Virus record (IMG/VR): IMGVR_UViG_3300032677_000021
Length of the DNA stretch: 64,000 nucleotides
DNA from: an uncultured virus (IMG/VR IMGVR_UViG_3300032677_000021)
Lineage: Duplodnaviria > Heunggongvirae > Uroviricota > Caudoviricetes
Direction: 5' to 3' (one strand)
Position 1 is the first letter of the stretch; each line of letters starts with the position of its first letter. The position numbers and the translations under genes are program-made. This document shows positions 1-9,206 of the stretch, piece by piece. The notes under the pieces are model-generated. The model was given only the letters and a program-made list of their open reading frames with translations. It did not search any database and was not told where the DNA came from.

Positions 1-112
1 TATTGGAAAAAACCGGTACACGTAGTATATGTCACCACCGTTAAAACGTACAGAGTTCCACTGTAGGGGTGTGCCTTTAAACCACGGCGCCCTATATAAA
101 CGGATGTCCATA

Positions 113-358
113 CTACCTCCTAAACTGTGGTGTTGGCTTACGTCTGCCGTATTGTAACCGAATCTTTAACGCCTGTATGCTGCCAAATACTTTGTTGCGC
201 CATCCTTGATGGGCGCGGCGGGTCATTTGCATCTTGGTGCGTGTTACTGGACGATGTTTAGTTTTTCTAGTAAACACAGTCCTGCGCCGACCAATACCAC
301 CGAAGACGGTGGTGAAGTCGTTACGCATGACGGTGCGGCGGAAGTTAAAATGCTTCAC
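113..358 (-). CDS. hypothetical Arg-rich protein
   Basis: 81 aa ORF overlapping the primase stop and co-oriented with it; no motif recognised. Confidence 0.45.
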   Translation of the reverse strand: MKHFNFRRTVMRNDFTTVFGGIGRRRTVFTRKTKHRPVTRTKMQMTRRAHQGWRNKVFGSIQALKIRLQYGRRKPTPQFRR

Positions 359-2651
359 TGTCTAAACTCTCCAAGCCGTCTACATACTTCTGAGCCTTTT
401 GATTCAAACGGATGCCCTTGTAGAAGTGCTGCCTCTGACCGCCTACTCGGGTGCTGTCTGACTCAACGTGGTGCTCCTGAATCGCCGCCAAGAATCTACG
501 CTTAAACGACAGCTCGTTTCCTGGGGTGATGCTCTTGTGCAGCGCCCAGCGTTTGTAGCAGGCAAAGATGTCGTCCTTGTTGACCGAGTAGCCTGCTCCA
601 ATTTCCAAGACGTCCTCAATGAACGCACCGATTGGATTGCCCAGCTCAGCCATCAACTCTAAGTACTCTACGCCGGACTTAGGCTGCAAGAAGTAACCGC
701 CGCGTGACAGTCTTCTGCGCTGACCCTCGATCACCCAGTTAAAAATACCTGAGAGCTCTTGCTTGAGCTTGACTGACAGCAGGGTGTCCTCCTTGTGCAT
801 AAAAGACTTTGACATCTTGAGCACCAGCATGCGGCCTGTCAACGCGTTAGAGTTTTCAGTTAGTTGTAGTACCTCGTTAGAATAAACAATGATCCTAGTA
901 GGTAGATAGCCGTTCCAAGACTCTTTGTTCTTACGGTTAACGGTGACAGTATCACCACCCACAATCCTAAGAAGCTGAGACACCACAGCACTTTTATTCC
1001 GTTCTGGTGCACGTGCGTCAGTAAAAGATGCCAAGAGTTTTCCCAGCCATGGTTGTAGCCCGAACGTGTCACAGAGTTCCTCCAGTTGTGGTGCCACTGT
1101 ATTGTGTTGGCCTAACAGGTCAACGAGCACCTTGTTAATCGTACCCTTACCGCTACGGCGCGGACCGATGATGTTTAAAAACTTCTGCTGCGTAGTGTCA
1201 CCGCTCAAGATGTACCCGAAGTACTCCTGCAGTAACTGCTTGCTCTCCTCGTCCTCACCCCACACGTCGTTCAAAAACTTCATCCACTCAGGGCAGTCCT
1301 TAGCAGGGTCGTACTCGAACGGCAGTGAGTTGTACGTAAAGAAGCCCAACGAGTGCGGGAAGAGCACCAGCTGATCCATCTGAAACAGTCCGTTGACCAT
1401 GCTGATTAACTTCTCAGCAGGCGGGTTGGATTGGGCATACCCGTCCAGCCATACCGGCGGCTTGGTGTTAGGATCGTTGGCTAAGTGCACGATCGACTTG
1501 ATCGCGTCCAAGCACGCGTTCACCACGGCAGGGTTGGCGTTGAACGGTACCAGCGCGCCCTTCTTGTCCACCTTCTGACACTTGTCCAAGAACTTATACA
1601 GCTGGGAGCGCACCGTGGCTTCCTCAATGTTGGTGTAGTGCGTGCCAGTGTACGTGAAAAACTCGTCAGCGTAGTGCACCAGCTTATAGCCATCTTCCAC
1701 CGTGTACATCGAGGACAAAAACTTCCTTGCGTGGTCTAGCGGGTTGGAAATCTCCAGCACGATCTCGCCGTTTGCTAGAGCCGCTTGCAGCTTTTTTTGG
1801 TTCACCTTAAATATCAGTGAGCGCAACGTGATGCCCTGACCCTTAAAGCTGTTCCACTTTGTCGTGCATGAATTCATGCCAGTCACGGTGTACTTGTCGG
1901 ACTGCGCACTCCAGCGCTCCCATGCCTCCAAGGCCTCAACGTCGCCGCTGAACTGGTGGTGCAGTGCCATGCCCGTATTCTTCCAGTCGTCGTACCCGCA
2001 CGATGGGTCGAGCTCGGACAGTAGCTCCGTTTCAACGCGGAGCAAGTCCCAGCCCTCGACTGGCGGCGTGTAGTTCGCAAAGTCGTCGTCCGACTTCCTC
2101 ATCGCCCGTGGTGGTACGTGAGCGGTGAGGTCTTGCGGCTCGCTCGGCACGTCGCCAGCAATCTTGTGCCCCGTCATCGTAAAGTAGCGGCTCTTTGGAT
2201 ACACCTCCAAGCCGATAGAGTGGTCAACGTGGGCTGAGTGGATGTCTGCACGGGTGAATATCTTGATGCCAGTCCCGCTGGGTGACACCTCGGCGTAGCC
2301 AGCCACCTTGTCCATGATGGACTGGGCTAGCTCGTTTAACTCGCCGCTATCAGGATCACGACAGTCATCAATATCAATGCCAATGATGTTGTCATCCCCA
2401 GTAAAAACAAATCCAATTCCGTCAAAGGTGCCATTCTCGTATGCCTTCTGAGCTGTGAAAAAATCCGTCCAAGTGTCGGGATTGGTTGAAGACGCAAACT
2501 TCCCAGTGCTCTGAACTGGTAGCTTGCTCCATTTTTGTGACTCACCGTCACCGACGAGCGTGTACTTCCACAGGCAAAACCGTGGAATGCGCTTCAAGTC
2601 GGACGGTATCGCATTAAAATCTACTGCTAATGCGGGTGGTTTTTGTAACAT
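345..2651 (-). CDS. primase-polymerase / PriCT-2 / D5-like SF3 helicase fusion
   Basis: N-terminal prim-pol motifs (GIDIDDC, EVSPSGTGIKI), PriCT-2-like YDDW..GMALH, Walker A GPRRSGKGT. Confidence 0.9.
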   Translation of the reverse strand: MLQKPPALAVDFNAIPSDLKRIPRFCLWKYTLVGDGESQKWSKLPVQSTGKFASSTNPDTWTDFFTAQKAYENGTFDGIGFVFTGDDNIIGIDIDDCRDPDSGELNELAQSIMDKVAGYAEVSPSGTGIKIFTRADIHSAHVDHSIGLEVYPKSRYFTMTGHKIAGDVPSEPQDLTAHVPPRAMRKSDDDFANYTPPVEGWDLLRVETELLSELDPSCGYDDWKNTGMALHHQFSGDVEALEAWERWSAQSDKYTVTGMNSCTTKWNSFKGQGITLRSLIFKVNQKKLQAALANGEIVLEISNPLDHARKFLSSMYTVEDGYKLVHYADEFFTYTGTHYTNIEEATVRSQLYKFLDKCQKVDKKGALVPFNANPAVVNACLDAIKSIVHLANDPNTKPPVWLDGYAQSNPPAEKLISMVNGLFQMDQLVLFPHSLGFFTYNSLPFEYDPAKDCPEWMKFLNDVWGEDEESKQLLQEYFGYILSGDTTQQKFLNIIGPRRSGKGTINKVLVDLLGQHNTVAPQLEELCDTFGLQPWLGKLLASFTDARAPERNKSAVVSQLLRIVGGDTVTVNRKNKESWNGYLPTRIIVYSNEVLQLTENSNALTGRMLVLKMSKSFMHKEDTLLSVKLKQELSGIFNWVIEGQRRRLSRGGYFLQPKSGVEYLELMAELGNPIGAFIEDVLEIGAGYSVNKDDIFACYKRWALHKSITPGNELSFKRRFLAAIQEHHVESDSTRVGGQRQHFYKGIRLNQKAQKYVDGLESLDSEAF

Positions 2652-2674
2652 GACTCTCCTCGTTTCTTGCCCTT

Positions 2675-2686
2675 ACTAATACGCAA
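2675..2686 (-). promoter_or_regulatory. phage promoter, TT-extended class (TTGCGTATTAGT), upstream of primase
   Basis: exact copy of the 15-fold repeated motif; predicted start A at 2668. Confidence 0.8.
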
Positions 2687-2700
2687 AATATCACCCCAAC

Positions 2701-2717
2701 ATTTCACCATGTGAAAT
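2701..2717. promoter_or_regulatory. palindromic operator-like site ATTTCAC-cat-GTGAAAT
   Basis: perfect 7-bp inverted repeat; near copies at 51050-51066, 54278-54294 and 8745-8781. Confidence 0.6.
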
Positions 2718-2780
2718 TAAATGTGGGCGCCAAAATACTATCTGTGAAGTTAACCGAAGTTAGCGACAATTAGGTATAGG

Positions 2781-3096
2781 ATCCACAGAAGTTAACTACA
2801 GATAATTGTAACCCCTTGATTTTAAAGGCACTATAAAAAATGCTGCACTGCATCCTGGATATTTGCCACCATACAAAATCGTATGGTGGCACGGTAACCC
2901 ATTGATTTGTATAGCTATTTTGTACTCGATCCACAGTATCCACAGTATATTCTACTTTTTTCTTTTTTTTAAAAAAATAAAATAAATAAATCTAGAGTAA
3001 AAGTGAAAACTACTGTGGATACTATGGATCGTAACTAAAATATCCTTTGGAATCAGTCACTTACCGTGCCACCATACAAAATCGTATGGTGGCACG
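2781..3096. repeat. origin-like symmetric element, copy 1
   Basis: 28-bp hairpin twice (2864-2891, 3067-3094), IHF consensus sites (2809-2821, 2895-2907, 3051-3063), inverted ATCCACAGT 9-mers around T/A tracts. Confidence 0.7.
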
Positions 3097-3264
3097 ATCC
3101 TGCCACTTTTTAAAACAGGCTCGTAGCGGCGTTTAAAACAACTGGGTAAGGGGGTAGCCTCACCTAGTCCTAGAAAACGCCTCTACGGGGCTATAATGCG
3201 GCTCTAATGAGGTGATACGCAATATACCCTAGTGCTACTAAAACTAACAGCCTTCCAGTCCAGT

Positions 3265-3462
3265 TCATGTCTTCACCTCGAATCCTAATCGTTTGACCAT
3301 GGTGGTTGCCCACTTCCTAAACCGCTCACGGTTCTCGCTGTTCTGCTCGTCCCGTTCGTCCCACTCTGCCTGAATCTCGAACTCACCCTCTAAGTTGTGG
3401 TACTCCACCCTGAGCAGGTTACCGTCTTTGTCGTACACGTCGGTTGGAATAATTTGAGTCAT
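3265..3462 (-). CDS. hypothetical protein
   Basis: ATG coupled to the upstream stop; last gene of the early operon. Confidence 0.6.
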   Translation of the reverse strand: MTQIIPTDVYDKDGNLLRVEYHNLEGEFEIQAEWDERDEQNSENRERFRKWATTMVKRLGFEVKT

Positions 3463-3782
3463 GCTATCTCCTTTACTGGACTGTTTTTCTCGCGCCACGA
3501 ATCTGCGTCGCCATAGTCGCCGCGGATCATGCTCATCCGCTCTGCCTTCCTAAAGTCAGGCTCGACTGCCCACCATGCCAGTGAGGCCTCCTTGTACTCC
3601 AGCCACTCGTCGTTTTCAATAAACATGGGGTGGTTTAGCCCAGCCACGTCCACGGTGCAAACCACGTCTGAGGTAGGTTGCCAAGACTTGTTGTACTTGC
3701 GGTATTGTCCCAGCGATACGTTGTTGCGTGCCTTGATGTAGCGTTGGTATGCCGCCTGCTGCTCTTTGCTTAGGTTAATCAT
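3459..3782 (-). CDS. hypothetical protein
   Basis: 107 aa, overlaps the sigma gene stop. Confidence 0.65.
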   Translation of the reverse strand: MINLSKEQQAAYQRYIKARNNVSLGQYRKYNKSWQPTSDVVCTVDVAGLNHPMFIENDEWLEYKEASLAWWAVEPDFRKAERMSMIRGDYGDADSWREKNSPVKEIA

Positions 3783-4341
3783 CGTTTTCGTCCTCCATTT
3801 TGTCGATGTTGAGTGAGTCTAGTGAAGATGGTTCTTGCATCATGTAAAACTTTAACTGGTTAATGCGGCGGGTTGGCTTTCCCAGTACGCTTGCCAGCTC
3901 GTACACCGTGGGGTTGCGTCCTAGCGTCTGAGTCAGTGCACGCTCTGTGTATGTCATCTTGCGTATTTCCTCACGCACCTTGATGGGAATGCGTACTAGG
4001 TTTTCCTCGTCGTCCTGACCACGCTCGATGCCACGCAGTATAAACCGCTTGGCGTACGTCGCAAACTTGGCGCCATTCTTTGGCACCCACTGGCGCGCGG
4101 CCTTGAGTAGTGCCTCGTTGCCCATGCCAATCAAGTCCTCCTGAGGCGTGCGTGAGTGGTTCCACGCGGTGAGCTTGCGCACGGTGTACACCACAAAGCG
4201 CAGGTTATGCCTCACCAGCTTTTCGAGTGCCAGCTCGTCTCCCTTCTGTATCTTGGTTGCGAGCTCGTACTCCTCAGCACTTTCGAGCACTGGTATGCCA
4301 TACAGTGACTTGAGGTAGTCAGTTAAAAAGTCGTTTGCCAT
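3775..4341 (-). CDS. sigma70-family factor, regions 1.2-2-3 only (no region 4)
   Basis: DYLKSL..IPVL (1.2), LVRHNLRFVV (2.1), DLIGMGNEAL (2.2), KFATYA (2.3), VRIP and LGRNPTVYELA (3); ends shortly after SLD; start set at the TAATG overlap. Confidence 0.9.
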   Translation of the reverse strand: MANDFLTDYLKSLYGIPVLESAEEYELATKIQKGDELALEKLVRHNLRFVVYTVRKLTAWNHSRTPQEDLIGMGNEALLKAARQWVPKNGAKFATYAKRFILRGIERGQDDEENLVRIPIKVREEIRKMTYTERALTQTLGRNPTVYELASVLGKPTRRINQLKFYMMQEPSSLDSLNIDKMEDENDD

Positions 4342-4595
4342 TATGAATTTATCCATATAAACATTAAAAGAAACCCAATGACTAGCACAAATCGCCACAG
4401 GACTGGAAATATAATGCATAGTAATATAAGCAAGCCAATTCCAATAAAACCGCGCCAGCCTATTTTAGAATACAGCACTGGCGCACTCATGCATAGTACA
4501 TAAAGCATTTGCGCCAATGAGATTAAGATTGCCGCTCCGACTAAGAATTGCACTTTATGCCCCCTCGATGGTCTACTACCATGGTGCCCGCTCAA
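4341..4595 (-). CDS. small membrane protein
   Basis: several hydrophobic segments; stop coupled to the sigma start. Confidence 0.5.
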   Translation of the reverse strand: MSGHHGSRPSRGHKVQFLVGAAILISLAQMLYVLCMSAPVLYSKIGWRGFIGIGLLILLCIIFPVLWRFVLVIGFLLMFIWINS

Positions 4596-4771
4596 AATGG
4601 CGCCCCTAATAGGGTTGATGCCGCGACAAAGTAAAGGTTGAGCTTAGGCTCACGTGGCAGGGTGACTAGGCGCATGCCCTCAGTCATGTAAGGGGTTGCC
4701 TCCACCTTGCTGACAAACTTCCTGCAAGCCCCGCCAAACTCGTCAATGAGTACGTATCTGTACTGGCTCAT
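4592..4771 (-). CDS. hypothetical early protein
   Basis: coupled start within the operon. Confidence 0.5.
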   Translation of the reverse strand: MSQYRYVLIDEFGGACRKFVSKVEATPYMTEGMRLVTLPREPKLNLYFVAASTLLGAPF

Positions 4772-4962
4772 GGTATGTACGTTTCTTTCTTGAGCTGACT
4801 GCCCAGCTTGTGTTGTAGGTACATTACTACGTCCCACTCGCCGTTGTCACGCCCACGCGAACGCTCTTGGTTGGTAATCTTATCGGCGTACCAGTGCAGG
4901 GCACGCATGATGGCTAAGAATTCCTCAGCGTCTAGGTTTACCTCAAATCGGTTGGTGTTCAT
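4768..4962 (-). CDS. hypothetical early protein
   Basis: ATGA-type overlaps at both ends. Confidence 0.6.
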   Translation of the reverse strand: MNTNRFEVNLDAEEFLAIMRALHWYADKITNQERSRGRDNGEWDVVMYLQHKLGSQLKKETYIP

Positions 4963-5228
4963 GCTTGCACCCGGCGCACTACCACTGCGTCCACTGCCTT
5001 GATAGATGTCACGCTGGACACAAAGTCTTCATTAGCCAGCTTGCGTACCAGCGTTGGGTCGATGGTTGCACGGTCGTAGTGTTGCACCTCGGCAATGAAG
5101 TCCATGCCCTCGTACTTACCAACGCCACGGGCAATGAGTGCCTGCTTGAGCTTACGAGCTGTAGCCTCGAGCTCTTGGATCTGCTGGTTGATAATGCCTA
5201 AGTCGTCAATCATGTTGTCTGTAATCAT
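4959..5228 (-). CDS. hypothetical early protein
   Basis: AGGAG RBS, coiled-coil N-terminus. Confidence 0.65.
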   Translation of the reverse strand: MITDNMIDDLGIINQQIQELEATARKLKQALIARGVGKYEGMDFIAEVQHYDRATIDPTLVRKLANEDFVSSVTSIKAVDAVVVRRVQA

Positions 5229-5238
5229 TTTAATGCTC

Positions 5239-5466
5239 CTATACGTGGTGTTTGAATACTAGTTCGTATTGTACGTCAAACTCGTCCTTGGCGTCAACAC
5301 TTATGTACGCGTCACTGCTACTCTGCTCCCAGTGAGCCCACGCCTCGGCTGGCCGGTCAAACTCCTTGACCTCGTCCACCCGATGGATGATAGCCATGGG
5401 GCTGGGATCGCGGCTGTCTACGTTAAACTCACCGAACTCAATGATGCCATAGTAGTACGTTGTCAT
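5239..5466 (-). CDS. hypothetical early protein
   Basis: GGAGG RBS, in operon. Confidence 0.6.
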   Translation of the reverse strand: MTTYYYGIIEFGEFNVDSRDPSPMAIIHRVDEVKEFDRPAEAWAHWEQSSSDAYISVDAKDEFDVQYELVFKHHV

Positions 5467-5467
5467 G

Positions 5468-5773
5468 TTAGCCTCCTACGTGAATAAATTGAAAGTGGTC
5501 TTCCATAAATTTAGTGTGCTGGGCGACTGCCTCCTTGTAAGCACTGTTTAACTCTTTGGCAATGTCGTCGCCGCCAATGTCCTTGATCCAGCCAGTGCCA
5601 AACCATTCTTTATAGCGTGGGTGCCAGTTGATGTCGATGACGTTCTCGCCCCAGCTTATCTCAAAGGCCTTGCAACCCTGCTTGAGGTACTCAGCTATTG
5701 TGCGCATGATGACTGCCTTGGATGGCTTGCGGTTTGCGTAGTTGATGTTGATCACTGGAAATAATTCGCTCAT
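5468..5773 (-). CDS. hypothetical early protein
   Basis: GAGGAG RBS. Confidence 0.65.
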   Translation of the reverse strand: MSELFPVININYANRKPSKAVIMRTIAEYLKQGCKAFEISWGENVIDINWHPRYKEWFGTGWIKDIGGDDIAKELNSAYKEAVAQHTKFMEDHFQFIHVGG

Positions 5774-5838
5774 GTTATTGCTCCTCGTTTAATGTTATAC
5801 GGTCTTGCTCAAGATGATTGTACCACCAATAGATTGTA

Positions 5839-6033
5839 TCACGCATTGTCCGTTTGCTCCAAGTCTTCTTCCCACCACGCCATCACGGTGCATATATCGC
5901 TCCACTCTGCGTCGTATTGGGGATCTTGACCCTCAGGTATGCAGTCCTCACGATACGCCTCTAAGGCACGCCAAATCAGTCCAAATTGGCTGTCACGGTC
6001 ATTGCTGGTTACGGGTTTAAATTTAGTCATCAT
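5839..6033 (-). CDS. hypothetical acidic early protein
   Basis: GAGGA RBS, in operon. Confidence 0.55.
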   Translation of the reverse strand: MMTKFKPVTSNDRDSQFGLIWRALEAYREDCIPEGQDPQYDAEWSDICTVMAWWEEDLEQTDNA

Positions 6034-6183
6034 AGTCCTCGTCGTCAAACTCAAAGTTAATTAGTCGGTTGCACTGTGTGCACTTCTCAACGTATAGCCA
6101 GCCATTCGAGCTGACTGGCTCAGTCCTTGCCCCGTCATAAGGGCAGGTAAACTGGGCGTCAGGGTCGGCAATAAAGATGTCTG

Positions 6184-6420
6184 TCATCTGCACACCTTTT
6201 CAAGAAACTGTTCTGCCTCTTGCCTTGTTTTAAATATAGGGCTGACTTCTATTTTCCAGCCCTTGTGATCTTCCATCACTTGAAAGGTGTAAAGGTATCT
6301 CTTTGCACGAGCCTCGAAGTCGTACTTGAGGTACATAGCGTCCTCTTTGATAAAGTACGTTGGCTTTTCAGCCCGTTGCTGGTTCCAAATTGCCGCGCAC
6401 TCTTCGTTGTATGTGCTCAT
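6184..6420 (-). CDS. hypothetical early protein
   Basis: GAGGAG RBS. Confidence 0.6.
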   Translation of the reverse strand: MSTYNEECAAIWNQQRAEKPTYFIKEDAMYLKYDFEARAKRYLYTFQVMEDHKGWKIEVSPIFKTRQEAEQFLEKVCR

Positions 6421-6571
6421 ACCATCTCCTCAAATTGTTCAACAGTGATGCCAATGGTATCACAAAAGTCCTTCAAGTAGCGGCCACTTTCTGCCGCCAC
6501 AATCAACATGTCTCCATTACCAATAAAGGCATGCTGTTCAATGTACTCCATGTATTGGTACTCTAATTCGC

Positions 6572-6982
6572 TCATTTTGATGCTCCTGTAAGTTGATAAG
6601 GTTTGTCCCAGTCGCCGATGTTTAAGTGCATGTAATACGCTGTATCAAAGTAGTCAACCATCGCGTCTGACTTGTCGTAATAGTCTGCGCTCTTGAGGGC
6701 GTCAATGACTTGGTTGATGATCTCACGCGGTTGGCCGGTGAAGTGCTCATTGTACCAATATGGGTTGACCTGCACGTATCCATGATCCGTGGTCAGTTTA
6801 AACTGGTCACCCTTGAGCATGTCACGCATGTTTTGGATAAAGTCAACTGAGCCCGATCTAATGGTGCAGTTGATTGCCATGTGGTTATCAACGCGCAGGC
6901 TGTACTTGATGCCCAGTGGTTTGAGCACCTTGTCTAGGTTAGCCTTGATGATCTTCTTTTTGTCTTGGTTCATGTATGCCAT
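6572..6982 (-). CDS. conserved phage early protein (resembles large-polyvalent-protein-associated domains)
   Basis: C-terminal YYDKSDAMVDYFDTAYY..IG.WDKPY motif; family assignment uncertain. Confidence 0.55.
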   Translation of the reverse strand: MAYMNQDKKKIIKANLDKVLKPLGIKYSLRVDNHMAINCTIRSGSVDFIQNMRDMLKGDQFKLTTDHGYVQVNPYWYNEHFTGQPREIINQVIDALKSADYYDKSDAMVDYFDTAYYMHLNIGDWDKPYQLTGASK

Positions 6983-6986
6983 TTTA

Positions 6987-7256
6987 TTAGTCCTCGTATA
7001 CGCCAATTTCACCTGCGTTAATCCACTCTGCGTGCAGGTTGTACTTGCGCAGGGTGTTGGTAATCAATGGGTTGATGCCGAACTCCCAGTCGGGAATGTT
7101 ACGCCCGTCGTAGTAGTCCGCCCAGCATGTGTCGCGGTCATAGTCACCATAAATACCCTCGGCACTGATTTGAAAGTTCTCGATGTCACTGCGCTCGTAC
7201 ACTGGGCACCCGATTTTCTTGAGCGCGTTAAATGCTAGTCTGTGGTTGCGTTTCAT
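6987..7256 (-). CDS. hypothetical early protein
   Basis: GGAG RBS, 89 aa. Confidence 0.65.
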   Translation of the reverse strand: MKRNHRLAFNALKKIGCPVYERSDIENFQISAEGIYGDYDRDTCWADYYDGRNIPDWEFGINPLITNTLRKYNLHAEWINAGEIGVYED

Positions 7257-7374
7257 TGGTTGTGCTCCATTTCGTTAATTAAGTTGAGATATTCTACCTC
7301 GTCGTCGGTCTGATCGTCAACGCCATACCTGCGCTCGAGCTCTTCGAGTACTTCGCTTAGTGGTAGGTCTTTAG

Positions 7375-7569
7375 TCATGTTAGCTCCTTGAATATGTAGT
7401 CAATTAAAACTGGCTCGAGGTCGTAGTATACGCCGCCTAGAAAATAGTAGTCAACCCCTTGGTGGTTAAACTCAGGGGCGTGCAGGGCGGTGGCACCGTC
7501 GCGTTGGGTGAATGCCAGCTTGTCACCCATGACCTTGGTCTGCACGCGTGTCATGGTGTGGTTGCCCAC
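7375..7569 (-). CDS. hypothetical early protein
   Basis: in operon; start uncertain. Confidence 0.5.
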   Translation of the reverse strand: MGNHTMTRVQTKVMGDKLAFTQRDGATALHAPEFNHQGVDYYFLGGVYYDLEPVLIDYIFKELT

Positions 7570-7754
7570 ACTGCTGGGATGTCGATCTCTTCGAGTAGCT
7601 CGTCGAGGTATTCTTCGTTGCCCTGCTCTACTTCAGTCTCGAGAAAAAATCTGCGATCCTCAAGCATCATTTCGTAGAGCTGATCCCTGCTCATGGTCTT
7701 CCACATTGCTAGGTCGTTGCGTAGGATTGTTTGGATTTTGAGTGTGTTGTTCAT
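7551..7754 (-). CDS. hypothetical acidic early protein
   Basis: GAGGA RBS before the ATG at 7754. Confidence 0.55.
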   Translation of the reverse strand: MNNTLKIQTILRNDLAMWKTMSRDQLYEMMLEDRRFFLETEVEQGNEEYLDELLEEIDIPAVWATTP

Positions 7755-7768
7755 GGTGGTTAGTCCTC

Positions 7769-8038
7769 TTAGTAAGTAAAGCCGATGTATACGATTGTTG
7801 TGCCCTTGAGCTGGATACCGTTGCCCCAAATGTCGTCGTGGTCGTCGCACTGGTATTTCTTGGTGTCGCGATAGTACTCGTTGCGAGTAAATACCTTGTG
7901 GGCGTCAGGCTTGCGTTTGAAGTACTCACCCTTGGGTAGGTCTTTGAGTTGCATTGCTTGGAGCTCTGCGCGCTCCTCAGCCAAGTAGTCAGCGTGGCGC
8001 TCGTCCACTAATTCTTGTAATTGCTTGTCGGTCATCAT
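7769..8038 (-). CDS. first gene of early operon, hypothetical
   Basis: AGGAG RBS, follows a long leader. Confidence 0.65.
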   Translation of the reverse strand: MMTDKQLQELVDERHADYLAEERAELQAMQLKDLPKGEYFKRKPDAHKVFTRNEYYRDTKKYQCDDHDDIWGNGIQLKGTTIVYIGFTY

Positions 8039-8039
8039 G

Positions 8040-8313
8040 GTGTGATTCTCCTGTGTGTTGTGTGGTTAGTAATCCCTCGAGCTCACTGCATGACAATGGG
8101 CTCTGAGTATTACTATCTGCCAGCTGTTGGGACATCCTACCCCGCTGGTACTTCTTCTCTCACGCATCCTGTCATGAGGTCTGCCACACGTTTTACTAGG
8201 CTGGTACTTAGTCACCTAGGGCACCGTATCGTGGCGCCATCCCGTGGTAATTGGTCTGCGTGTCGTTATCATCCCGATAACTCTGCACTGCGACTAGAAC
8301 TACCTTACTTCAT
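8040..8313 (-). ncRNA. structured ~270-nt early leader with four GGAUG motifs
   Basis: at least six hairpins visible by eye; no credible ORF on this strand. Confidence 0.45.
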
Positions 8314-8319
8314 GGCTCT

Positions 8320-8365
8320 ATTGTAATCACATTCTCAACAATTTTCTTGACCTAGATCAAGAAAA
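8320..8365 (-). promoter_or_regulatory. host-type early promoter: -10 TACAAT with FNR-like box
   Basis: TACAAT at 8325-8320; TTGAT-CTAG-GTCAA at 8360-8347 inside a 24-bp palindrome, centred near -41. Confidence 0.55.
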
Positions 8366-8916
8366 CAGAAAATAGTTTGGGGATGCTGTCAGTCTTTTAA
8401 CCTGCCATATTACGCCCACCCTCCAGCTCACCACCTCGCGTGCGCATCAACCCGCTAAGCCCCGTGGTTACTGGAAGACTAGAGATCGCACAGTGGTTGA
8501 TACCCAAGTAGCCTGGCAGAACAAAACGCCTCTATGCCCCCTTAAAACGCCTCCAATCCGTCAATCAGGAATTACCCCTAGATTGCTAGCGCCGAGCCTA
8601 AGTTAGTGCGCACTAACATAGTAGCACGCAGGCAATCTTCCAGTATACCACAGTGCCAGCGCCAGCTAGTAACCATGCTGGCAGTGTGGGTATCTCGCCC
8701 CACTCTGTCCCCATTACTAGCAGGCAGGGTGGCTGAGTGCTAGCGTTCCACATAGTGAGATGGCATCTCATAATGTGGAACGACCCTCCTTTGTGGCTGA
8801 GGGTCCCTTTTCCAATACGGCGACCACCCTTGACAGGTACCCTCCACCCCCCGGCGGTGGCCCCAGGCCAGACCTCAAGTTTTTGCAAATTTTTTATTTT
8901 TTTTTAGTAAACACAT

Positions 8917-9120
8917 AAAATGCTGCACTGCATCCTGGATTATAATCCACTGGGGTAAACCCTATGGTGGCACGGTAACTCGTTGATTTAAAAGAACATT
9001 TTAGTTACGATCCACAGTATCCACAGTAATTTTGATTTTTTTTTTTTTTTTTTTAAAAATAAAATAAAGATATAGGGTAAATGTCGTTTAGACCCTGGAT
9101 ACTATGGATACTGTGGATAG
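8917..9120. repeat. origin-like element, copy 2
   Basis: shares AAAATGCTGCACTGCATCCTGGAT, TATGGTGGCACGGTAAC, an IHF site (8976-8988), inverted 9-mers and T/A tracts with 2837-3030. Confidence 0.7.
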
Positions 9121-9170
9121 TGATTACTTTTAGTTATATAAAAATCTTTTAATATAACTTTTTGTAATAA

Positions 9171-9200
9171 AGGCTGCTTTAATGCAATCTGCGTATTAGT
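9171..9200 (+). promoter_or_regulatory. phage promoter AGGC-N16-GCGTATTAGT (leaderless)
   Basis: exact core; ATG at 9207 coincides with the predicted +1. Confidence 0.8.
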
Positions 9201-9206
9201 GGGTGT

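Noticed and set aside
8613..8888. 91-aa ORF in the divergence zone
   Set aside because: TTG start in a T-tract, no RBS, and it runs through palindromic regulatory-looking DNA.
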